Shown one piece after another: positions 1 to 11,372 of a DNA stretch of 64,000 nt. The first letter of the stretch is position 1. Every line of letters starts with the position of its first letter. Source of the DNA: Cetorhinus maximus. Taxonomy: Eukaryota. A program made the translations under genes and the position numbers. The notes beneath the pieces were generated by a model, which was not told the origin of the DNA, did not search any database, and worked only from the letters and a program-made list of their open reading frames with translations. The stretch spans positions 58,032,001 to 58,096,000 of the forward strand of contig NC_135893.1 of the NCBI RefSeq assembly GCF_964194155.1, given 5' to 3'.

Positions 1-407
1 ACCCTCTTTTGTTTTAAGGGAGCTTGCTGGGGCTTCTGCTAGACACCTCATTAATGCGACAAGGCTGTGATTAGGAAGCCACCTGAATGTATATAGAGAT
101 TCAAATCAAATATATATACCTCTGTATTGCTCCAATCTGGTTTTACATCCCAAGTCCATGATGTCTCGGTGCAAGCGGACATTTTTCCCTATTGGTTATG
201 TTCAGTAACCAGTTGGCAACTGTTTAATTTTGGTTTTGTGTACAAGCTAGTATCGTGTTTTGGAATCCAAGCTGAGCAGGAAGTGTGCTTAAAAGACTAT
301 TCAGGATTGTTGAGATAAGTGGTGAGGTACAGGAGCCCTCTGCTTTTTGACGTTCTTTTTAACCTGATTTTTGTGTTGATTTGGTCTCCACTCCCCGGCT
401 CTTACAG

Positions 408-493
408 GTTCCTATAATCGAACTCATCCCCATTCCAGATGCTGTGAATATCCTGTGTGTGGCTTTTGGAAGCCTGGAGATAAGAGAAGTGAA
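408..493 (+). CDS. PALB2: PALB2 internal coding exon (equivalent to human exon 8), WD40 domain
   Basis: cttacag|GTT...GTGAA|gtaag; 86 bp; VPIIELIPIPDAVNILCVAFGSLEIREVK resembles human PALB2 [29 protein letters not shown]. Upstream exons lie outside the window. Confidence 0.93.
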
Positions 494-1734
494 GTAAGGC
501 TACAAAGCATATTGATAAAACTGTGGAAATACTCTAGAACTGATTGATTACACATTAACAATATTTTGCAGAGAAGTGGGGGTTTCACACTGAATATAAA
601 AGTGTGGAGCAATTTTGTGTCCTGTCACACTTTTCTGAAATGGTATTTACACTTTTGCAGACTGGCTATTTTCATAAAAATAACCAGTTCTACAATATAT
701 TATGTTTTATAACTAAACTGTTGAAATTGACCCCCACTCCCTCCCCTCATCGCATCATTGGCATGTGGTGACATGGAAAGAACAGTGATAGGAAATAAGC
801 TTGCACGCTGCCAGGCTGAGGTGTGAACACAGAACGGAGGCCCAAATCTTGACACAATGGATGAGGAAAGCAGTAGGAGACGTACCCCTCTTAGCAACTT
901 GTTTTGGACTGACACATCCAAAAGGCCTGCAGGGACCCTAAGCTGTAAATACTGAGGAGTGTGGTGACACTAGGGAAAACTATTTTCTAAGACTGTACTT
1001 AAGCTCTGAAGGAAGCACATTGGCATAGAATATTGGTAATCCTGCTGTATGTTAAACTGGGAATTAACCCAAGTACTTTCCCTGCCATGTCATTACAGGA
1101 AGCACTGCCAGTCATTAGCCCACTTGAATTGTGCATTACAGAGCAGAATTTGCAGAAGCAAGACATCTGCTTGTTTTCTGTCTTTGTTTGGACTATTGTG
1201 TGTGACTTAATAAGGGGGGGATGAGACTTTTTTAAAGAATAGTCAAAAGCATTTAATAGTGAGGGGTGATTAATGTTAGTGCATTAATAATTAGGCAACA
1301 TTTTAAATAGGGTTTAATTTAAATTTTATTAGCACATGCAACTATTCCCTTGAATACAGAATTAATTCACTTTTAGTTAAAGTACAATATTCAGGCACTG
1401 TGAAGAGCTTTATTCTCTGTCAAACCTGTGCTGTATCTGCCATTAGGAGTGTCTGATGTAGGGAGAGCTTTGCTCTGCTCTGTATCTAACCTGTATTGCA
1501 TCAAACTTGGGCGTTTACTAAATGCTGAAACTAAGTGCTTAAGTGGTAAACCCTTGCATTCTCAGCACTGACACCCTTCACTTCATCAAACTATGTACAA
1601 AAAAAAATGTTTTTTTCACCAAGATTGCTACTACAATCCTAATAATGGATCCAAGTGAAATTATAGCTCAGGCAACACCTGTCTTTCTTGAAGCATGGCT
1701 GATTGATTTTTCTACTGCTCCTGTTTGTTTTAAG

Positions 1735-1893
1735 AGTATTGCACTCCACAGAGAGGGGCTGTTTGGAACACACCCTGCTGCAGGCAGGAGACATAAATGC
1801 AGTGCTTGGGCTGCCTGGAAGGAGGCTGGTCTGCTCTTGTGGCACACTCCAGAGTCAACACATAGAACTCAGCACCCTATCCAAAGAAGGAAG
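1735..1893 (+). CDS. PALB2: PALB2 coding exon (human exon 9 equivalent)
   Basis: ttttaag|A...GGAAG|gtcaga; VLHSTERGCLEHTLLQAGDINAVLGLPGRRLVCSCGTLQSQHIELSTLSKEG resembles human ...[25 protein letters not shown]...; phase compatible with neighbours. Confidence 0.92.
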
Positions 1894-2545
1894 GTCAGAT
1901 ATGATTTGTATTTCTTTTTAATTAACCATGTTTTTGTTTTGGTTTGCTTGCTTAGCAACACCTCAAACTAGTGGAACATGTTAACTGTTGTGTGTCTGAT
2001 GCTTGTTTAGAACATTAAAATGATAAGTGAAAAATACGAGGGTTTAGAGGATTCAAAAGTAATACATGAAATAAGAAGAAAGGGGGAGTAGCTCTACACT
2101 TTAGAACACTAAAAGGTGAAGAAAGTCAAGTTGTTGATGGAGGATAACGATCCCAGAGAGCTTGCTGGAAGTATGTATTCTTGTTGGGAACAAAGATGAC
2201 TTAAAGATTTTCTAAAGGTCACCAGGTCAAAACATAAATGAAGACTGATAAGTCTGCAAAGGGGTAAGGAAGATTGGTTAAATAGAATGATTGTTTAAAA
2301 TCCCTTGTTAGTACAATCCAACGTCAACTCAGAATGCTCAAGCAGTCTAGATTCATCTAGTAAATGTATTCTCAGGATGAGGTTGGCCATTTAGGACTAA
2401 GCTGAAGAGAAATTTCTTCACTCAAAAAGGGTTGTGAATCTTTGGAATCCTCTATCCCACAGAGTTGTGGATATTCAGTCGTTGGTTGGGTATACGAAAC
2501 AGAGATTGTATCCAAAAAAGAATCAATGGGAATTAAGGGATATGG

Positions 2546-3692
2546 TTTTTTTTTGATTCATTCAGGGGATGTGGTAGTGGTCGTGGGTTTGGAAGGTGCT
2601 GTCTAAGGAGCCTTGGTGAATTCCTGCAGTGCATCTTGTAGATGGTACACACTGCTGCTACTGTGCATCGGAGGTGGAGGGAGTGAATGTTTGTGGATGT
2701 GGTACCAATCAAGCTGGCTGCTTTGTCCTGGACGATGACCAGCTTCTTCAGTGTTGTAGGAGCTGCACTCATCCAGGCAAGTGGGGAATATTCCATCACA
2801 TTCCTGACTTGTGCCTTGTAGATGGTGGACAGGCTTTGGGGAGTCAGGTGGCGAATTACTCGTCACACGATTCCTAGCCTCTGACCTGCTCTTGTAGCCA
2901 CAGTATTTATATGGCTAGTCCAGTTCAGTTTCTGGTCAATGGTAACCCCCAGGATGTTGATAGTGGGGGATTCAGTTAAGGTAATGCCATTGAACATCAA
3001 GGGGCGATGGTTGGATTCTCTCTTATTGGAGATGGTCATTGCCTGACACTTGTGTGGCGCGAATGTTACTTGCCACTTGTCAGCCCAAGCCTGGATATTG
3101 TCCAAGTCTTGCTGCATTTGGACATGGACTGCTTCAGTATCTGAGGAGTCGCAAATGGTGCTGAACATTGTGCAATCATCAGTGAACATCCCCACTTCTG
3201 ACCTTCTGATGGAAGGAAGGTAATTGAAGCAGCTGAAGATGGTTGGGCCTAGGACACTACCCTGAGAAAACCCTGCAGTGATGCCCTGGTGCTGAGGTGA
3301 CTGACCTCCAACAACCACAACCATCTTCCTTTGTGCTAGGTATGACTCTAATCAGCAGAGAGTTTTCGCTCTGATTCCCGTTGATTCCAGTTTTGCTAGG
3401 GCTCCTTGATGCCACACTTGGTCAAATGCTGCCTTGATTGTCAAGGGCAGTCACTCGCATCTCACCTCGGGAGTTTGGCTCTTTTGTCTATGTTTGAACC
3501 AAGGCTGTAACGAGGTCAGGAGCTGAGTGGCTCTGGCGGAATCCAAACTGGGTGTCAGTGAGCAGGTTATTGCTAAGCAAGTGCCGCTTGATTGCACTGT
3601 TGATGACCCCTTCCATTACTTTACTGATGATCGAGAGTAGACTGATGGGGCGGTAATTATCCGGGTTGGATTTGTCCTGCTTTTTGTATACA
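2546..3692 (-). mobile_element. Degenerate CR1-group LINE (RT fragment), inserted into a CR1 3' tail
   Basis: Minus ORFs: DKSNPDNYRPISLLSIISKVME, QFGFRQ, QGSVLGP, FTDD; host tail at about 2380-2545 resumes at about 3695-3790. Confidence 0.88.
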
Positions 3693-4139
3693 TGGTGCAG
3701 AGTGTTGAGTTGAGGTAGGATATCAGCCATGATTCTATTGAATGGCAGAACAGAACCATATGGCCTATTCCTGCTCTCATTTCTTATGACCTTAATTGTG
3801 GGGATGCTTCCTGACCCTATGTGTTAATGATGTCACAAAAGGTAATGCTCATTTCAAAGGCAAGTGATCCAGGTCTTATAGTGGATATGTAAGTAGCGCA
3901 ATCAAGCAAGCCCCAGGAAACCAGGTTCCCTGTGATTCATCACATTCAGAACTCCACAGCTAAAATGGTTTCTCATTTCCCAAACCTGATATCAGTAAAG
4001 GCCTGTGAAGAGGTCCCTTCTCAGCCCTCCATGGGGAATGGTACCTGTATGGAACAGGGGGAAGATGCGAGGGGAAGAGAGGAAATGTTTTATGAGCTAA
4101 TTGCAGTTTTGTGATGTCTGCCTGTTTTCTCGTGGTTAG

Positions 4140-4256
4140 GAGTAAGCAATGCATGCAGCTGGTCCCACCCAATGAAATGGTACTGGCTTTCAGTGAAATC
4201 GAAGGGGAGGCAGAAGCTTTGCTTGGATCGACTATAATGAGCAATATTGTCATCTG
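4140..4256 (+). CDS. PALB2: PALB2 coding exon (human exon 10 equivalent)
   Basis: ggttag|G...ATCTG|gtaagt; 117 bp; SKQCMQLVPPNEMVLAFSEIEGEAEALLGSTIMSNIVIW vs human [34 protein letters not shown]. Confidence 0.95.
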
Positions 4257-4845
4257 GTAAGTGCATGATTCCTTCTAACTGGATTAGAATTTTGGATTTA
4301 TGGATAGTTTCTGATTCATTCATTGACTCAATTAACCCTTTTGGCTGAACAAGTCCTGTCGTCCTCTTCTGACTTTTTCCTATGATTTCAGCTTGTGCAG
4401 CGAGACTGAAATTAGTCGTATAAATAGCTTGCAGTAATAAATTACTCAAACACCAGTTGTAGCCTTACTAACTCCAAGATAGTAAAATACACTCAGGACA
4501 CAAGTTTAGCTGGTTCTGCCTGCCCTGCTGTTGCTGTTATTTCTTTCCCACACACAATCTCTTTCCTTGTTCTCATTTTCATTTAACTTTTGGCCGAAAA
4601 GAAAAGTAAAACTAATCCAGCCAACCTATTTTTTTCTACTCTTTTGATCTCTCTAACAAAGTTTTAAACTCTCCTTTTCTGTTCTCACCCTCTAACTTGG
4701 AGGTATGAACACAGGAATGGGAGTAGGCCACTCAGCTCCCTGCTCATTTTCCACCATTTAGTTTGATCATGGTAAATTTAAAAAGACAGAAGTTTACTTT
4801 GGATTTTTATTTTTAAAGCCAGTGTGATGGGCACTCGCTTCTAAT

Positions 4846-5069
4846 ATATATAAAAACAAAAAACTGCGGATGCTGGAAATCCAAAACAAGAACAGAATTA
4901 CCTGGAAAAACTCAGCAGGTCTGGCAGCATCGGCGGAGAAGAAAAGAGTTGACGTTTTGAGTCCTCATTACCAGAGGGTCATGAGGACTCGAAACGTCAA
5001 CTCTTTTTTTTATCCGCCGATGCTGCCAGACCTGCTGAGTTTTCCCAGGTAATTCTGTTTTTGTTTTTG
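4846..5069. mobile_element. Fold-back Penelope-like terminal fragment with 13-bp target-site duplication
   Basis: About 86-bp inverted arms (4883-4968 / 4981-5068); ACTCGCTTCTAAT duplicated at 4833-4845 and 5070-5082. Confidence 0.8.
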
Positions 5070-5304
5070 ACTCGCTTCTAATGTTGTGACATCAGACGTT
5101 TGTGGACCGTACATCCCTCACCTTCCTTAAAGCCCGTATTCTGTGCATAACATCTGCCTTGCACACCAACAAATTAATCAAGGATTAATAGCAGATATTT
5201 GCATAAACTGTAATTGGCTGTGACTCAAATGTTAAAATAGCAACATTGGCTTTCTTCAGTGTAATCTTGTCATTTAATCAGAGGGTAATACTGTGGAATG
5301 GTGC

Positions 5305-5510
5305 CAGCTTGGATCGGTTGGTAGCACTCACCTTATGGGTAAGAAGGTTGGGGATTCGAGCCTCTATCCTGAACATGAGCTGACATTCCAGTGCAGTACT
5401 GAAAATACCACCATGTCGCAGATTCTGCCCTTTGGATACGACATTAACCCGGGTCCTGACTACTACTGGTGGTTCAGATTAAAGGATCCCATTGAAGAAG
5501 GGCAAGGAGC
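5305..5510 (+). mobile_element. SacSINE1/DeuSINE-like SINE 5' part
   Basis: tRNA-like head (ggatcggttggtagcact...gattcgagcc) and body similar to the copy at 58006-58462. Confidence 0.6.
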
Positions 5511-5595
5511 TCATGGAATTATAGAATGATTACAGCACAGAAGGAGGCCATTTGGCCAGATAAGTCTGTACTGGCTGACTGCAAGAGCAAAAAAA

Positions 5596-8310
5596 AAGTA
5601 GGTGGGAAGGCAAGTGATGAAGATGACACAAAGAGTCTACAGAGGGATATAGGCAGGTTAAGTGAGTTGGCAAAAACTTGGCAGATGGAATATAATGTGG
5701 GAAAATGTCAGGTTATGTACTTTGGCAGGAAGAATAGAGGAGCTGAATATTATTTAAATGGAGAAAGACTGCAGAAGGCTACATCACAGAGGGATTTGGG
5801 AGTTCTTGTGCATGAATCCCAAAAAGCTAACATACAAGTTCAGCAGGGAATAGGGAAGGCAAATGGAATGTTGGCCTTTATTTCAAAGGGAACAGAGCAT
5901 AAAAATAGGGAAATCTTGCTAAAACTATACAAGGCACTAGTTAGACCACACCTAGAATACTGTGAACAGTTTTGGTCCCATTATCTAAGCAAAGATATAC
6001 TGGCATTGGAGGCAGTCCAGAGAAGGTTCATTAGGTTGATCCCGGGTATGGAGGGATTTTCTTATGAGGAGAGGTTGAGTTTAGAATTGGAGTTTAGAAA
6101 AATGAGACACGACCTTATTGAAACATACAAGATTATTAGGGGGCTTGACAGGGTAGATGCTGAGAGGTTGTTTCCCCTTGGGGGAGAGTCTAGGACCAGA
6201 GGGCATAATCTCAGAGTAAGGGGACGCCCATTTAAAACAGAGATGAGGAGGAATTTCTTCTCTAAGGGTAGTCAATCTGTGGAATTCTTTCGCAGAGGGC
6301 TGTAGAGACTGGGTCGTTAAGTATATTCAAGGCTGAGATAGACAGATTTTTAATCAGTAAGAGAATCAAGGGTTATAGAAACATAGAAAATAGGAGTAGG
6401 AGTAGGCCATTCGGCCCTTCAAGCCTGCTCCGCCATTCGTTATGATCATGGCTGATCATCCAACTCAATAGCCTGCTCCCGCTTCCTCCCCATATCCTTT
6501 GATCCCTTTCGCCCAAGAGCTATATCTAACTCCTTCTTGAAAACATACAATGTTTTGGCCTCAACTACTTTCTGTGGTAGCGAATTCCACAGGCTCACCA
6601 CTCTCTGGGTGAAGAAATTTCTCCTCATCAGTCCTAAATGGTCTACCCCGTATCCTCAGACTGTGACCCCTGGTTCTGGACTCCCCCACCATCAGGAACA
6701 TCCTTCCTGCATCTACCCTGTCTAGTCCTGTTAGAATGTTATAAGTTTCTATGAGATCTCAGCGCCCCCACCCCCCACCACCCTCATTCTTCTGAACTCC
6801 AGTGAATATAATCCTAACCATCTCAGTCTCCCCTCATATGTCAGTCCCGCCATCCCAGGCATCAACCTGGTAAACCTTCGCTGCACTCCCTCTATAGCAA
6901 GAACACCCTTCCTCAGATAAGGAGACCAAAACTGCACGCAATATTCCAGGGTGGTCTCACCAAGGCCCTGTTTAATTGCAGCAAGACATCCCTGCTCAAA
7001 TCCTCTCGCTATGAAGGCCAACATACCATTTGCCTTCTTTACCGCCTGCTGCACCTGCATGCTTATCTTCAGCGACTGGTATGCAAGGACACCCAGGTCT
7101 CATTGCACATTTCCCTCTCTCAATTTATAGCCATTCAGATCTGCCTTCCTGTTTTCGCTACCAAAGTGGAGAACCTCACATTTATCCACATTATACTGCA
7201 TCTGCCATGCATTTGCCCACTCACTCAGCTTGTCCAAATCCCACTGAAGCATCTCTGCATCCTCTTCACAGCTCACCCTCCCACCCAGCTTTGTGTCATC
7301 TGCAAATTTGGAGATAGTACATTTAGTTCCCTCATCTAAATCATTAATATATATTGTGAATAGCTGGGGTCCCAGCACTGATCCCTGCGGTACCCCAGTA
7401 GTCACTGCCTGCCATTCAGAAAAAGACCCGTTTATTCCTACTCTTTGTTTCCTGTCTGCCAACCAGTTTTCTATCCTTCTCAATACACTACCCCCAATCC
7501 CATGCGCTTTAATTTTATATGCTATTCTCTTATGTGGGACTTTGTCGAAAGCCTTCTGAAAGTCCAAATAAACTACATCCACTGACTCTCCCTCATCGAC
7601 TCTACTAGTTACATCCTCGAAAAATTCCAGTAGATTTGTCGAGCACGATTTCCCTTTCATAAATCCATGCTGACCCTGTCCGATTCTGCCACTGTTTTCC
7701 AAGTGCTCAGCTATTAAATCTTTTATAATGGACTCTAGAATTTTCCCCACTACCAACGTCAGGCTGACTGGTCTATAATTCCCTGTTTTCTCTCTACCTC
7801 CCTTTTTAAACAGTAGGGTTACATTAGCTACCCTCCAATTCGTAGGACCTGTTCCAGAGTCTATAGAATCTCGGAAGATGACTACCAATGCATCCACTAT
7901 TTCTAGGGCCACTTCCCTAAGTACTCTGGGATATAGATTATCAGGCCCTGGGGATTTATCGGCCTTCAATCCCATCAATTTCTCAAACACCATTTCCCTA
8001 CGAATACTGATTTCTTTCAGTTCCTCCCTCTCACTAAACCCTGTGTTCCCCAACATTTCTGGCATGTTATTTGTATCTTCCTTTGTGAAGACAGAACCAA
8101 AATATGTATTTAGTTGGTCAGCCATTTCTTTGTTCCCCTGTTTCTGACTGTAAGGGACCTACATTTGTCTTCACCAATCTTTTTCTCTTCACATACCTAT
8201 ATGGGGAAATGGCAGGAAAGTGGAGTTGAGGAGTATCAACCATGATCTCATTGAATGGCGGAGCAGACCCGATGGGCCAAATGACCTACTTCTGCTCCTA
8301 CGTCTTATGG
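5596..8310 (+). mobile_element. CR1 LINE 3' part (5596-6374 and 8200-8310), interrupted by an antisense CR1
   Basis: 259-aa ORF with WQMEYNVGKC, LYKALVRPHLEYC, TRGHNL; sequence aatcaagggtta| resumes as tatggggaaatggcagg. Confidence 0.9.
6375..8199 (-). mobile_element. Relatively young CR1 LINE, RT region to 3' end
   Basis: 341-aa ORF with KSPGPD, NYRPVSL, LDFQKAFDKV, GVPQGSVLGP, FADD; (tttctatg)-type tail at 6375-6390. Confidence 0.95.
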
Positions 8311-8682
8311 CCAATTTAGCTTGTCCTCCCCATTGCCCTGCAAATTTTTTTCCCTTCAGGTGCTTATCCAGTTCTCTTTTGGAAACCAAGATTGAATCTG
8401 CCTTTACTACCCTTTCAGGCAGTGCATTCCAGATTCTAACAACTCATCTTTAGCTCTTTTGTCAATCACCTTAAATATGTGTCCTCAGGTTCGTGACCTT
8501 TCTTCCAATGGGAACACTTTCTCTCTAACTACATTGTCTTGACCTCTCATGAGTTTGAATGCCTTCATCAAATCAATTAAACAACCTCCTCTGTTCTCCT
8601 TAGAGATGAACTTCAATTCTCCAATTTATCCATGTAACTGAAGTCTCTCATCTCTGGAACCATTCTTGTAAAGCTTTTCTGA

Positions 8683-9135
8683 TAGACTCAATCAGCCTGT
8701 GCTTGCAAAACCCAAAACAAAACGTCTACTGTTAGATGTGATTCTGCGATTGCGCAATACTTGCTGAACAATCCTGAGCGTGTGAATAGCATTAACAACC
8801 AATTTAAGATAATCAGTCAAGCTCATAACATGGCTCATTTAGGCTCACTAGAGACATACATTCATACGCACAGATCTGTTCTCTGCAAACCGAAAAGGAT
8901 ATGTTCAAAACTTTTGTGCCTCTTTTAAATTGCTCGGAAGCTTGGGGAATCTGTGGCCCCTTTGCTTTCTCCGTGGTTAAGCCTTGGCCAATCAGAGTAG
9001 ACTTGTTACCAGTCAGCAGCCCTTTTCTCTTGTGGTATAAATTGTTGTGATCATTTGAAATTTGGTATTTTTGCATTTGTCCTGATGAGTGCAAGACAAA
9101 AAGCTTTGCCAGCATCTTTTCAGCAATATTCAAGT
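8683..9135 (+). mobile_element. Penelope-like element 3' fragment (end of GIY-YIG endonuclease plus pseudo-LTR with hammerhead motif)
   Basis: 8701-8928 reads ...CDSAIAQYLLNNPE...NQFKIISQAHNMAHLGSLETYIHTHRSVLCK, the SAI..HL...F.I......L..LE..YI....LC pattern of PLE endonucleases; then CCAAT, TATAAA and CTGATGA. Confidence 0.75.
9069..9112 (+). ncRNA. Minimal type I hammerhead ribozyme-like motif, degenerate (G12 to A)
   Basis: TTGTC-CTGATGA-G-TGCAAGA-C-AAAA-AGCTTT-GCCAG. Confidence 0.6.
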
Positions 9136-9690
9136 TCTACATTAATATTTTCCTTAATCAGTGCTGTCACCCCACCTCATTTTTAACCTCCCCTATCTTT
9201 CCTGAACACCTTCTATCCAGGAATATTGAGTACCCAGTTCTGCCACTTTTTTGAGCCAGGTCCCTATTATTGCCAGTACATCATATTCTTATGTGGCTAT
9301 CTGCATGTACAACTCAAAAATAAATGAGTTCCAGCCAGCACCACTGAAAAATGGTTTGTAATTTCACTGTTGTTAATGAGGTCTTTATCAAAAAAAAAAG
9401 TTGCCACGTCTGCCATCAGAGCAACCAATATACTTTAAAGGAATGAAAAGAAATTGAAGCAGTTTAGGGTATTTCTAAAACAAGTGGTAAATCTCTATGT
9501 AAGAATACTTTGTAAACCACTGAAGGTGTTTTAATCCCAGTCTCACCATAGCCTCTCTTCTGCTCAACTCCTCTCCATTTTCTGTCTGCTTTGCCTCATT
9601 GTTTTAGTGATTCCTGCATGATATTATTCAACAGGGATTGGTCTGGAGAGAAACTCATTTCAGATTGGTTTCTGTGTGTTTACCTCTTAG

Positions 9691-9778
9691 GAACTTAAAG
9701 ACAGGACATCTCCTGAAGAAGATCCATTTAAGTGAAAGCTACCCTGGTACTGTCTGCCAGAAGGCCTACTCAGAGTCT
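9691..9778 (+). CDS. PALB2: PALB2 coding exon (human exon 11 equivalent)
   Basis: ctcttag|G...GTCT|gtaagg; 88 bp; NLKTGHLLKKIHLSESYPGTVCQKAYSES vs human [29 protein letters not shown]. Confidence 0.95.
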
Positions 9779-10544
9779 GTAAGGAGCAATATTTTTATCT
9801 TTATAACTCCAAAAAGTGGTGATATCTCACAGGCTATTAGTTTGTGACATTGCTACTTCCAGGAGAGGGGAGGTGTTATCAGTGTAGGATTTGTATTGCA
9901 ATGTGGATTTAATGATAGCGGGGACCAGGCAGTAAATAAATTGCTGCATGTAGCATAAGTTTCTCTAAGAGAGTGTGCTATGTGAGGGAGAGACCCAGTG
10001 TCCCTGCATTAACTTTTCACCTCAGAGACATGCTTTGAATCCAGTTCAGACTGATGGAAGGAAATGCGTGTTTGATTTTAAGGGTCTTAACTGGTTAATT
10101 TAGCTGGTTCCCATATAGTCCAAATCCATGGTGCAAAACTGGCATCATTGGCATGTAAATGTGAACTTCAGATGTCACAATGTCAAATGTTGGAAACAGT
10201 AAATGCCAGCCTGTTAGAGTTGGGAGCAACATGTATAAATGTAGGAGTGACTTTACATTTAATTCATGGAGGGCTGGCACTGAGACCAAGAAGCATAGGT
10301 GCTTCATCTAAAATCCTGATTATTTGAGAATAAAAGACCACTACAAAAAAAAAAATTATTCATAATGGAAATGGGCTGTTTGCCTTTAATAAACTATTTC
10401 AAGATATGGACATGCACCTGTGGTACGGTCTTCACTGCCCTGGACGAACAACATTTATTTATTTTCACGCTTTGCATTGCCAATAAATGAGAACTGTACG
10501 AGGTCTGGACCAACTGACTGGCCAGCCACATGATTAAACAGCTT

Positions 10545-10760
10545 GCAATAAAAACTGCAAATGCTGGAAATACACAACAGGATCTAATACGTCAGTGAGG
10601 AGATTTTTTAAAAAGTCAAGTTAATGATTTTCATGTCAGTCCTTTGTCAAACTCGAAGTGAAATCAAGGGTCGATATCAGAAACCCTACTGTTTTCCCTA
10701 CTGTACAGATGTTGACAGTCCTGCTGTATATTTTTAACATTTGTAGTTTTTTTCCTTGCA
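10545..10760. mobile_element. Old diverged fold-back element related to 4846-5069
   Basis: aaaactgcaaatgctggaaatacacaacagg ... cctgctgtatatttttaacatttgtagtttt inverted ends. Confidence 0.55.
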
Positions 10761-11025
10761 GTTGCATTTCTGTCCCAGTTCAATTCTGACCAAGGCCATT
10801 GGTTTGTGAATTTTACTGAAAAAAGGACAGAATTGCAGAATGCAACCTGCAGTGCAGTGATAAAATCTCTTGTTGTAAAATAGCAAGTGACTTGCTGTAA
10901 ACCTGTGGCTCTAACTACAAATGGACAGGATCTTGAATGCAGCTCCCGGTTAAAAAATCTGCAAAGTAAAAATTGGCAGTCCTTTGGAAGTAAATATTTT
11001 ATTGCTTTTTATTTTTGTATTTTAG

Positions 11026-11183
11026 GGCATTTTGTTCCTTCTCCTCAGTCACCGGTATGTTGGCACCTGTGATGGATCTGTCAGAAGGAGAGTTTGTGTT
11101 TTAAGAATGGTTGCTGTTAATCCAATGAATGGTAAAAGTAGACCTGTCATGTCATATATGCTTCCTCTGGAATGCAATGGAAG
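11026..11183 (+). CDS. PALB2: PALB2 coding exon (human exon 12 equivalent)
   Basis: ttttag|GGC...GGAAG|gtaagg; GILFLLLSHRYVGTCDGSVRRRVCVLRMVAVNPMNGKSRPVMSYMLPLECNG vs human GLLFIVLSH...[20 protein letters not shown]. Confidence 0.92.
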
Positions 11184-11372
11184 GTAAGGTGCATTCTATA
11201 TTACATATGCATCAATGTCCTCCTTTGGGAAAAGTGCCTCTCAATGCTAGAAGGTCTCTGGTTCCAATCCTCTGTTAAATTAGTAAATCTCATTGGGGTG
11301 TTAGTTGGGGTCTCTTCATCTTGAACACACATTCATCCAGTTGTTTCTGAAAAGGTTTCTGTGTAAGGTTTT

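Noticed and set aside
1543-1971. 142-aa ORF
   Set aside because: Off-frame overlap of a PALB2 exon; the coding frame is the one in 1735-1893.
7100-8125. Domesticated reverse transcriptase gene
   Set aside because: Ordinary 5'-truncated CR1 with downstream frameshifts and a normal 3' tail.
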